A DNA stretch of 64,000 bases from Dipteris shenzhenensis. Its lineage: Eukaryota. The translations under genes and the position numbers were made by a program. The stretch lies in assembly GCA_047967505.1 (NCBI GenBank), contig CM106538.1. The stretch is one strand, 5' to 3'. This document shows, one piece after another, positions 47,100 to 58,519 of this stretch. Within the stretch, counting starts at the first letter, position 1. Each line of letters opens with the position of its first letter. A model generated the notes under the pieces. That model was not told the origin of the DNA. It saw nothing but the letters and a program-made list of their open reading frames with translations, and made no database searches.

Positions 47100-50000
47100 T
47101 CTAGTATCTATCTGCCACAACATTTCCTGAGAAGCTGCCTTGAGAATGATGAAACTGAATATCGGGCCGTGTATTGCACAAGTATATGAGGCATCCAACA
47201 GCCTGACTGTAAAGTGTGACATCCACTGATTCACCTTCATCATACATAGTAAGCTTCAGCCCCGGCTCCATGGGAGTGGCTATAGGCTTACAATCATGCA
47301 TGTTGAACCTATCCAAGAGTTTTTACACATACTTGGATTGAGACATAATGATGCCATGCTTGTCTTGTATAAACTGGATCCCTAAATAAAAATTTCACAT
47401 GCCCAAATCTGCCATGTCAAATTCAGCTTTGAAATCTGCACTTATTTCCTCATTTGACCCTATGAGCAGCATGTTATCTACTTAAAGAATGATGACCAAA
47501 ATATCTCCCCCATCCTTCTTGATGTAGAGGGTGCTTTCTGTGGGACTATTATGTAACCCCTTACTTGCTAGGAATGCATCAATCTTGGCCTACCATGCAC
47601 GTGGGGCTTGTTTCAGCCCATATAAAGCTTTGTTAAGCTTGCAAACCTTAAGTGCATTGCCAGAAAGTTCGAATCCAGGAGGTTGTTTGACATAAACCTC
47701 TTCCTCCAAGTCCCCATTAAGGAAAGCTGTTTTTATGTCCAACTGATGGACATTCCAAACAAAATTTGCAGCCATTGCAATAATTGACCGTATGGTGGTC
47801 ATTGGGGATGTAGGAGAAAAAGTCTCCTCATAATCTATGCCCTTCTTCTGCGCATAGCCTTTGGCAACCAGCCTTGCCTTGTACCTGTCAATGGACCCAT
47901 CTGGCTTCCTTTTTACCTTGAAAACCCACTTGGTACCAATGGCATGCTTACCTGGTGGCAAATCCACAACATCCCAAGTCTGATTTTTCTTAATGAATTG
48001 CAATTCATTGTGCATGGCATGCATCCAATGCACATTTCCCTTTGCTTCTTCAAAAGAGCCAAATCCCTCTTCATCAAGAAGAGTCCCTGCATATGCTGTC
48101 TCAACTAAAAGAGCCCCCCTGCGTGCCTTACTGCACTACGAGTTCTGCCAGGTAATTGGGCCTCAAGCCTACTCTCCTTGAGAGTCTGTAGCAACCAATT
48201 CGGGACTATTTTGGCTGCATGTATCTCTTGGATCTCTTGTCTAACAACTTCATCCAGACCCTGTGGAGGTACAAAATCAACCTGTGGCTGAATCGGGGCA
48301 TGTGGATCAAGAGGAGGTTGTTGTAAATTTTGATTATCAGCATGAACCTCAACTGGGGAACCAATTGCTATAGGAAGCATCCCCTCAAAAACATCATATG
48401 AAGAAGCTGGAATAGTAAATTCAGCATGTGTATGTGCTGAATTTTCAGAGAATATAACATCTGTACTAACAAAAATCTTGGGTGAAGCAGGATTGTAGAG
48501 ACGATAGCCTTTGCTTTGTGCACTATACCCAACAAAAATGCATTTAAGTGCCTTATCTGACAACTTATGTCTAAACTCCAGAGGCACGTGGGCATACGCA
48601 ACACAACCAAAAACTTTGAAGTGATCCACTGAAGGCTTTCTCCCATGCCATGCCTCATAGGGAGTGATTGTCTTCAAAGTCTTTGTGGGAGCCCGATTCA
48701 AAACATAGTTTGCACATATGAGGCCTTCAAGCCAAAACGTGTGAGGCAACTTTTTACTGGTAAGCATGCATCTATCCATCTCCATAAGAGTGCGATTTTT
48801 GCGCTCAGCTTTGCTATATGTTGAGGTGTAAGCCTCACTGTAAGCTGATGCGTGATGCCTTTTTCCTTCAAAAATGCCTCAAACTCATGAGACATATATT
48901 CCCTGCTCTATCTGTGCGAAGTGTCTGCACCTTGAGTCTTGTCTCATTCTCAACCATAGCCACAAAGTGTTTGAAATACATAAACACTTCTAATTTTGCC
49001 TTAAGACCATAGACCCAAGTATAGTTGGTGAAGTCATCTATGAATGTAACATGATAAAGATAATGCCCAAAAGCAGGTGTCCTCATGGGACCGCAGACAT
49101 CACTGATTTGAATAAGCTGTAAATTGCGTGTAGCTTTCACTACACCATGGTTCTTGAAAGGAAATCTATGCATCTTGCCAAGGATGCAACCCTCACATCC
49201 ATGAGGAGGAGGTGACTCTAAAGGAGGCAATGCATCAACCATATCATGCTTCTGAAGTGTCATTAAGCTGCCATAGCTCATGTGCCCATACTTGGCATAC
49301 CATAACTCCGCATTCTGCATCGCAGCAGTGGGAGTGCTCACTGAAAACGCAAGATCGGATCTTTTCTCATAATAATCAAGCTGAAAAAGACCCCGATACA
49401 AAGTGCCAGACAACATCAAAGCATAGTCATTCTTTTTGTCTCTGACTGCACACTTAGCATCGTCGAATACAACTTGAAATCCTTCTCTATTAAGAGAGGA
49501 CACTGAAAGTAAATTCTTCTTTATACCTGGCACATAGAGAACATTTGAAATTCTGAAATCTGTGCCATCAATGGATGTGAGAATAATGTCCCCCCACTCC
49601 ACACATTGAATAAGAAGAATTATTTGCACAAGTCACCTTCTTTTTAGTAGTTGGTGGATGCAGAGATGCAAAAAGGCTCTTCTTAGAAGTGATGTGCTTA
49701 GAACACCACTATCAAAATACCGAGTATTCAGTGTCTCATTGACACTGAGAGAGCATGCATCCTTTGAACGATCATAATTGCAAGTCAAGAAAGCATAAGG
49801 GTCATCATCATTAGTGGTTGTAGCAACAAAACTACCCACTAAAAAATCTGAAATGCAAGATAGAAATGCATAGTGCTCTTCCACAAAGTTGGCTGTAACA
49901 TCTCCCCCATCATGTGAATGAGGAGATGATGCATCTGACACAGCCATACTTGAATCGCTTTTCTTTTCTTTAGCTATGCGCTTCTTGCCCTCACTAATAT

Positions 50001-52188
50001 AACGACCTGGCTTCTTGCAGTAGTGACAAATGCCCTTCTTTTTAGGCTTATCTGCATCACTCTTAGCCTTATAAGAGGGCTGTCCTGAATCAGCTTTATG
50101 TTGATGTGCGGACTGATTGGCATGTTGCTTTTGCTGCCCTTTTCCCTTGGGCTTGAATTTGGAAAGCATGGCATGCTCGCCAGCCCGGGTTGCCATATTT
50201 CTTCGTGTTTGCTCCTCGTGCAACAAAAGTCCTACCAACTCGTGAAAAGAGAGAGGATTGCTGCCCCCCCTCAATGACAAATTCAGCGAGGTGTGGAAAC
50301 CAAGATAGGATTCAGGAAGAGAATTCAGAGTGGTGGTAATCATCTCTGAATCGGGAATGACTTCATCAATATTCAGCAGTCGCTCCCTCAAATCCTGAAG
50401 CTTTGTGAGGTGAGTATTCATGGAATCTCCCTCATCCATATGTGTATGAGAAAGCTCTCGCTTCATAAACAAAACTCTGGCATCATTTCTTGCTGCAAAC
50501 ATATCTCCAATATCTCCCAAGCTGTCTTGGATGTCTTGCATGACCGAATAATGAACCTCTTGGCAGAAAGAGAAATCACTGATAGAGCTTGTGCATCTCT
50601 AGAATCTCATCTTTTTGTTCTACTGTGGGAGCCCTTGGAGCGGCAACTCCAACTACTTGTGCTGCATTTTGACCTCTACCCCTGCTTCCAGTTGGAGGAG
50701 TGACAGGTGTAGCCACTGTACCTAGCCTTGCTTCATCTCCATTGACATAATTCCAAAGATGTCTACCAACTAAGAAGTCGCGTACCATAAAACTCCACAA
50801 GGAGTAGTTGGTGCCATCCAACTTATCCTCCTGTGTGAGGACTCCAAACACCTCATTGGGGTTGTTCTGAGCCATTTTTGCCAGATAAATTGAAAAATAC
50901 AGCAAACTGAACAAGTAAAATCCCTTCGTGGGATGCAAAATGCACAAGTAAAATCTGCCAAAGAAAATCTGCTCATAGTGACAAATACTGTCATAGCCTA
51001 TCAAAGGCTTGTAATGCACCACAATGTTTCGCTTAATGCCCAAAAATCAGCAAATAGAATCTGCAAAAAGTGGCAAAAGTCTGCAAATTGACTTGCACTG
51101 AGTCCAAAAATGCTTGCAAACTTCCAAAATGCTCTTTTACTTGCAAAACTGCAACCCAAATGCAAAAGCTCCAATCCTTGTGGGAAATTGCATACAAAAG
51201 AGGGCAAATGGTTTGAAAGCCCCAAATGTTGCACAATTTGCACTCTACTTGCAAAAGCCCCAAATTTCACTGCAAAATTGCAGTGGAATAGCAAAAGCCC
51301 CAAATTTCTTCAACACCTGTAAACTAACTACAATGAGTGCCCACGAATACAAAATGTTCCAAATCACATTCAAACAATGGCTCGATGCACGAATGCCTAC
51401 CAAAGGTCACCTGCTCAAAAGACTTGCAAATGCACGGAGAACTGTACGGACTCCTGCAAATGTACGGAATGTACGGCACAGTACGGGTGCTGATGCAGAA
51501 ATGTACGTCCATTGTTGTACGGACGGCAATGTACAGTGCACTTGCAAAGTTGTACGGAGCAGCGTACGAAATTTGGTACCGCGGTACGGTAGATGGCGAC
51601 GCGGATGTATGAACAGATAGTCCGTACGTTGTACGGACGGGAGCAAGGGACTTTCGTGCAGTACGGATTGCTCACGGGAGCAGTGTACGGCGGCGCTATA
51701 CGGCAAAATAGTACGGACTGTCAGTCCGTACATTGTACGGACGTTGTATGGTGAGCTTGGCGATGGAGTAGTACGGATACAGGTACGAAATTCGTGCAAT
51801 CATACAGACTGTACAGGGATGGCAATCTTGAGCTGGGGCCGGTTGCACGGACGGGAGCTGAGAGTAGGGAGTTGAGAGCATATGAGGAAGCTGGGAGCAG
51901 GTTCAGGAAGGAGTTCTGCTTTGATACCAAATGTGAGAAAAACGGAGAGCAAGAGTTAGCAAGAGAGAGTGAGCTGAACGTAGGTCACTCAAAAGGTGAA
52001 TTGAATGAAGTGTAGTACAAACAAGAGATGAGGGGTTTTGTCTAAGTGACAAAACCCTATCTAATCACTAACCGTAGTTAGGGATTAGATTGTTGTTAGG
52101 GGGAAAAACATCTAAGAGGGAAAAGTGCCCCTAACCCACGTATTACATTACATTGGCCACTGCCTAGAATATAATAATAATTCTAACA
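47100..52188 (-). mobile_element. 3'-truncated Ty1/Copia element (5' LTR 51932-52188, PBS, gag-PR-INT-RT)
   Basis: The LTR reads TGTTAGAA..CACA on the minus strand, with PBS TGGTATCAAAGC at 51929-51918. Gag KLDGTNYSLW and CHYCKKPG; INT SDVCGPM/FIDDF/LRTD; RT HQLDIKTAFLNG. Ends after TRPDIQF; no RNaseH or 3' LTR. Confidence 0.92.
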
Positions 52189-52783
52189 GTCCATGCCTCA
52201 GACACTCTTGTATTAGTGGTTGAAGATGCCACCGCTAGATCCTTCTCCATGACTCGATCCATCGCATGCCCCCTAGCTGGGAAGATGCCTTAGAACCCAT
52301 GGTTTGATGATGAGTGCCAAGAGATGAGATCTCACCTCATACGTGAGCGTGCTTTGAAGTTTGGGGCACCTTACGATGCCTAACACACAGTCAGTCTCAC
52401 GCCGCCTGACATTCCATAAGAGGCAGGCTTTCCTCGCATAGGATCGACGAGGGGATTTGATCCTTTCGAGGAGGGGACCCCACTATTGTATAGAGCTTCT
52501 CTCTGAGGGGAAGCCACCTATTTCCATCATGGATCCGGGTGTTTGACACACATATGTGAGATTACTCTATGATGTCTCGATCCATGCACCACCTTATCTT
52601 ACCTAGGTCCCAAGCCCACCACATCCTTCTGGTTCACCACACATAATGTGTGAGCTACATTGTGCTAGCTTCACAACCGGAGAGCCCAAGACCACGAGGG
52701 GTTGTGGACTGAGCACTTTGCACATGGACAAGAGATCTTGGTCCCCATCTTAGCGCAGATGTTCAATCATGCTGTATGTCATG

Positions 52784-54972
52784 TGATACGAGGGCAAAGT
52801 TGATCAACTGGAAGGTGACACTACCACAGGGGGCAGGGACAGATTGAGCATAGCGGCATGTAATAGATTTGCACATTTAAATTAGCCCGCTGGACATAGT
52901 GGAGTAGAGGAGGAGGATATAGCTGATACGAGGGCAAAGTTAATCAACTGGAAGAGACCATGCAAAGCTACGAAGCTGGAGATATGGAGGCCACCTATGT
53001 TGCAGAGGTTGACTAGATCATGCACGATGGAGGCCAACCTATCTCATCTCTCCTTAGAGGAGACTGTTAGAGCTGATATGCCACTCTTAATCTGGCCCAC
53101 CGGATACATAGATCGGATACATAGATCATAGAGACCATCCCCCCCCCCCCCCCCCCAAAATGAGAGACATCTCGACAGATATAGATATGAGACAAATGCT
53201 TCTTAGCATATCACTTAGCAAGGTCCCTACTAAGCCCTTTTCCTCTGTATGACTTACCCTTTTGATTGTACTTTGTTTCATAGGCCCCCAAGGCCTCTTG
53301 AAGACATAAATAGGGCCCTCAAGGCGATCAGAGATGTTGGTACGTGCATACATCTAGATGGTTTGAGAGTCTGGGGCTCCACATGGACAAATTACTCCCC
53401 TTTCAGTATAGTATTGAGGTCCCTTTTGTTCCGCTCACTTACCATGAAGTCTCTGGGAAGCTGCTCCACAGGCAAACCAACGCCTCAGACTTCCCGTCCA
53501 GCCCACCCTGTAATTCCCTGCTCAACTTCAAGCGGTGAACGGCATCCAATCCCTAGGCAATCCTGTATCCTCAGCCAATCAAAGCATGCAACAGAACCCC
53601 AATAGCATCCACTGTCTGAACCACTCCTGCAATCGCACATCCAAGTGCCCAACCAGCTAACACGGCTGAACAACTGCAAGACAAAGCCCTCAACAGCTGA
53701 ACTCTGGTGCAATCAAACAACCAAACTCTTCCAAGCGGGTTGCCTCAATCTATAGCCTCCCTGGCCACTGCCCAACAGCATAAATCAACCCTTCTTCACG
53801 AGGAAAGAAACCCAAACGCAATAACTAGCTAGCAACTAATCAAGGAACGGCAAAAGCAGGCAAAGACAAGCCTTCTTCTACCCAGAATCCACAAAAGAAA
53901 GGTCACCTAGGCTGGAAAACCCTAGATCCTCTGGAGATCAGCTAATTCTGCCCTGGCACAGTCCCAAGAGCAACTTAGAAGCGAACACTCACGCTTGGAA
54001 AGTTACCAAAACCAGTCGCAACACCCAGAAAGCTCCAAAAAATCAGGTTGAAATCTCCTGCAGAGCCCGAAAGCCTGAAAAAGCAAGTCGCATTTCACCT
54101 GGAGCAGCCTGGTCAAGTCATGAACTTCTGGAACAGCCCTAGAACCAATCGCAGGCACCTGGAACAGCCTAGAAGAGCCCAAAAGCAAATCGCAAACTGG
54201 AACAGACACCCTAGCAGAAATCGCCACTTGCAATAGGCTCCTGGATCAATTGCGATTTGCTCTGGCAAGCCTTGGATCACCTGGAACTGGCCCTTGGGTA
54301 AAAACGAATTTCCCTGGCAAGCTCTGGATCATCTAAAACTGGCCTCTGGGTAAAAACGAATTTCCCTGGCAGGCTCTGGATCACCTGAAACTGGCCCTTG
54401 GGTAAAAGCGAATTTCCCTGGCAGGCTCTGGATCACTTGAAAGTGGCCCCTGGGTTAAAACGAATTTCCCTGGCAGGCTCTGGATCACCTGAAACTAGCC
54501 CCTAGGTAAAATTGAATTTCCCTGGTAGGCTTTGGAACCTCCTGGTAAAAAGCGATTTGACTCTAGCAGCACTTGGCAGGCTCTGGCAGCTCAAAACTAA
54601 TGATCTGGCTCCTCGAAACTGATTTGGCCAACTGAATGGCAGCTCCAAACTGATGATTTGGCTCCTTTGAAACTGATTTGGCCAACTGAATCAAAAAGAA
54701 GGGCTCCTCCCTCCTTTTAAAGCCCTAGGCTCCCAAAAGCAGTGTTTTTAAATTGCACCACTCTTTTGGCCCCCTGTTGCACACTTTGGCCTTAGGAATT
54801 AATTGCCTAGTAACTGGGTGCACATTCACTATTTCCAAGGGCCCACTAGGAATTTTAATTCCCCAAGTCCCGCCCCATGGCCGGACCCTCGCGCCCCAAA
54901 GGCTCAAGGCAGTCACACGCAAATTACGGGAGTTGCAAATCAAAAGTCCCATAATTTCACGTCCTCGTGACA
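52784..54972 (+). mobile_element. LTR element remnant: 37-bp mini-LTR, 103-bp spacer with PPT, and 2049-bp LTR
   Basis: TGATACGAGGGCAAAGTT.ATCAACTGGAAG occurs at 52784 and 52924, and both units end in GTGACA (52820, 54972). A purine tract GAGTAGAGGAGGAGGA precedes 52924. Confidence 0.65.
54270..54535 (+). repeat. ~52-bp minisatellite, about 5 copies, inside the LTR
   Basis: Unit approximately CTGGATCACCTGAAACTGGCCCTTGGGTAAAAACGAATTTCCCTGGCAGGCT. Confidence 0.9.
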
Positions 54973-56398
54973 TTAAGTAGGTTATCCATTAGTATCTCAT
55001 ATAGCTACACACATTCAAGACCTGGTTGGCCCCTAGCGAGCTTCTTGTAAAGCTCAGCTTCTACCAGGATCATTGGTTACGAATATCAGAGTAGGGCTTT
55101 ATCGATCCGCCAAGCTACACATGTATACCACCTTCTTCATTCTTTAAGGATATTGACTGGGCAGTTCTGTGTTTCATGTGAGAGCGGATGGGCGGAGGGC
55201 ATACCTAGAGAGCGCCGCATTTGCACTCTCCGTGCTCTATAGAAGATTGAGTCAAAGAAGCACGTTGCTTTTAGATGCCATGTGTACTATGATCCGAGGT
55301 CGTTACCATTGTCTTCTTAGGGATGGATTTGGACCACTCTCCAACCTTCTGTCACGCCTGGATCAGAGATGTTTGGCGACTTTCATGCATGAGGCTGTAT
55401 GACACAGAGACCAGTTGCGTAGGGCACATAGACGAGACCAGTGTGTCCAGCTAGATTCCACTTAGAGTGTGATCACTAAGTTTTTTCAATCAGATGGCAT
55501 GGGCTAGCAGGCCCTAGGGAGACGGTGTAGCCGAGGCCCACAATGAGAGATACGACAAACCCATCCGCGTATTGATGCATAGATCGGGCTCTGGGATCTT
55601 ACTTCCATGTTCATCAGACCAGAGGCATGGCCGACGGGTGTGATAGTTGCATGTGTCTGGCACAGGGCCACAGTTAGGAGACCACAACAGGCCATGCATA
55701 TTGATCGTCGCCAGCACTCTACTGCCACCACAACCCATACACTGCCTCCCGTTGACTTTAATCCTCTGCTAGCATCCATAGGATCACAACAGCCACAGCT
55801 CCCTTGCTTCTTGTGGGCTCAAACACTTTGCACTTTGCACTCACATTTTTATGTTTATTTTGCACTTGTATGTGGGTTTTTTCAGTCTCATAGACCCTTC
55901 GGTCTTTCAAAAGCTTTTAATAAACTTTCTTTCTTTCTTTCTTTCTCCACTCCTTGAGAGTCCATTTCTGGCTCTTCCTCCTAGCCTTCCAGAAGAGCAT
56001 AGTCGGACCAATTTCATGACTAGCATGGTTGGCTGCAATGTATGTCCTTTCAGCTCATACATCATGGACATTTTTGGTTGGGTTGTATCTTTTGACTTAC
56101 AAATAATTTGTCCTGTCTGCACTTTCTTGACACCCTTTTCATGGCATCCCATTTTCTCTGCTAGCTTTGGCCTTTGAAAAAGCTGAAAACAATACACATA
56201 TCTCATGGTATTTCACACCACTGAATGGGTTAAATGTGGGGCACTAAAACGTATAGCCAGACAGTTATAGCTTGCATGGGACAGGTCAATTTATCGGCCT
56301 TTAAATGCATCTATTGGGCATGTGATGGATGGTTGTATATCTTTTTCCTTGTGCAATTTGTAGACCTGACATAACTGATAAAGCTAATGCTTATGCAG

Positions 56399-56557
56399 GT
56401 TGCACAAGCTTTCCTCCGATTGATTCAGGGATCTGATGCAGAGCTTTCTTTATGGTTTGTAGCAGAAATGCCTAAATTAGCAACAGCACTGAGATTAGAT
56501 TTTTCATCACTTCTGGGTCCACTTTTTTTCATGTGGGTCATTCAACTTTTGTTCCCC
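56399..56557 (+). CDS. ABCA: ABCA exon 7
   Basis: cag|GTT (VAQAFLRLIQG..FVAEMPK..LRLDFSSLLGPLFFMWVIQLLFP)|gtaagt. In phase 0 with exon 6. Confidence 0.93.
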
Positions 56558-57621
56558 GTAAGTATTTCTTTATCCACTACTATCTAATATACAGTTAATC
56601 ATAAAAGAGATCGATGCTGTAGCTTCTGTATATACATTTTGCTTTTGGGTGGAAAGAAGTGTTTAGTATGCCCTATTTGTGGGCAAAGCACTCTGACTTT
56701 GAATCAGTTTCTGGACGTCAATTCTAATGTAGAGGGAAGGGGTTGGATGCATCAAATAGTTTGCATTCATTTTGAGTCTGTTCTAAAGGGATATTAAAAA
56801 TATATATGAATGTAACACTGTTTACCAGGTTATGAAGGATGGTGGATTCACTGGATAGCATTGAGAAGGATGCTCAATGAAATAACAATTACTTTGTCTC
56901 ATGCTACGTTTTAGAATATTTGTTGGAACTGCATCACTGGTCTTCGTCCTTTTGCCAAGCAAAGCTTTTGTGTTTGAATCCTAAGGAAAAAACATCTATG
57001 TGTGAATCGGTATCAATAAACCTATCAAACATGCATATTAAAAAATCAAGCGACTTGATTTAGCTCCCTAATCATCTGTTTTTAATAAACTTTGCTACTT
57101 GCTACTCAAGTCTGCGAGTTTCAGTTTCGTCTGGATTTGTCCTGATCAAGTCTGCTAGTTACATCTGGAGACAGAATGTTTGACATCATCACAAAAGCAT
57201 TCTCCACCAACTTATGGCTGTGAGTTTACGAAACATGAACAATCACAACATGAATTACAGCAGAATATGCATGCTTTCGTAACATTTCAAACATTTGATA
57301 TGCGCCTATCTCCAAAAAGCAGTAATCATTTCCAGCATGCCACATGTTTTCCAATGCTTTGGATATTATATGCTGAAAAAGAACTTTTCTTGTGTTTTCA
57401 ATCTAATTATTGAACGCACTCAACTCCCTTCAAAATTTTGATTGAATTTCCAGTTCGAAAACTGGGTATTGTGATCTTGTATTTTGAAAGGTTTTAAGCT
57501 CAGATCAAGCATGCTTATGCGTTGATTTGACTCAATGAAGTTTGCAATGAATATGACAACTAAGCATGAATACTTCAGCCCAATTCATTCATACTGATAG
57601 CATGATTTGTTTGTGGCATAG

Positions 57622-57784
57622 GTTGTATTGACATCATTGCTTTATGAAAAACAGTACAATCTTCGAATTATGATGAAGATGCATGGACTTGGCGATGGAC
57701 CATATTGGCTCATTTCTTACTGCTACTTCTTAGCCCTCTCAATAACATATATGTTTTTCTTTCTACTCTTTGGATCTGTGATTG
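57622..57784 (+). CDS. ABCA: ABCA exon 8 (the gene continues beyond the window)
   Basis: tag|GTT (VVLTSLLYEKQYNLRIMMKMHGLGDGPYWLISY..FGSVI) G|gtaagg. EK...RIMMKMHGL is an ABCA hallmark. Confidence 0.94.
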
Positions 57785-57857
57785 GTAAGGAGCTCATTTT
57801 GTTATGCAGTTATGTTTTCCACTGTTTTGTAATAAGCAGTATTTGTTTGGGACACAC

Positions 57858-58027
57858 ATTTTTCTTTTTTGGGGGATGAAATCCATGTATGTTTATATCA
57901 CAAGAAGCAATCCCCAAAGAGGGGACATGCAATAACAATATAAGAAGAAGACAAGTATACAGAGTAATCTGACACAGAGGCAATCATAAAGGGATTACCT
58001 AAGCGGCATCCAGAAACAGTGAAACAT
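57858..58027 (-). mobile_element. Short poly(A) retrocopy (family of 26100-26312)
   Basis: Homology to 26100-26280. The minus-strand A-tail is followed by TGTGTGT. Confidence 0.65.
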
Positions 58028-58472
58028 GATGCACTATAGAGGTCATGCAATCCTTACACTGAAGTCAAAAGATATGCGGATCAAGCTACTTCAACAATCT
58101 TACAAGCTGAAGGGCACCAAAGTATGGATAGCAGAGGAGCTTACACAAGCTCAACTCAAGATTAAGGCAACTGAATTAGCTAAAGTCAAGGCTGCCAGAA
58201 AGGATGGAAAATGGGCAGTTTACCATGAAGGCGTAGCACTAATTAGAGAGTTTAAATCAAAACCAAAAGACTCTCAGTCTTAAACTGATGTATGGCTGTT
58301 TAGTCTTCCAGAATATTATGTAGGTACTCTAAAATAATTTGGCTTGCTTTTTGCACTCCTTGGGAGCGCCATGTGCCCTCCCTAAAGCAGATGTACTAGA
58401 GGGTTTCTTGTTGTCCCATAGACCTTTTGGTCTCCAGTGGACGTTAATAGACTTTCTTTCTTTCTTTCTTTC
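58028..58472 (+). mobile_element. LINE ORF1-like C-terminal fragment joined to an RTEX-like 3' UTR with (CTTT)n tail
   Basis: KLKGTKVWIAEELTQAQ..ARKDGKWA resembles ORF1p C-termini; stop at 58283. Hairpin AGACC-TTTT-GGTCT at 58420-58433 and (CTTT)n at 58452-58472. Confidence 0.6.
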
Positions 58473-58519
58473 ACGTATTGGAGAGCATTAGGAGGAAACT
58501 CATTTTTTGGAGTTTTGTT

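Larger units (their letters stand above)
52190..55945 (+). mobile_element. Decayed RTEX/RTE-like LINE with (CTTT)n tail, interrupted by an LTR insertion
   Basis: NPWFDDECQEMRSHL and RAQDHEGLWTEHFAHG..LAQMFNHAVC match the 44510-45400 peptides. RT-like remnants resume after 54972. The 3' end is AATAAA plus (CTTT)n at 55925-55945. Confidence 0.7.

Noticed and set aside
54270-54535. Regular repeats as a CRISPR-like array
   Set aside because: Head-to-tail units without unique spacers, inside a eukaryotic LTR, with no cas genes.
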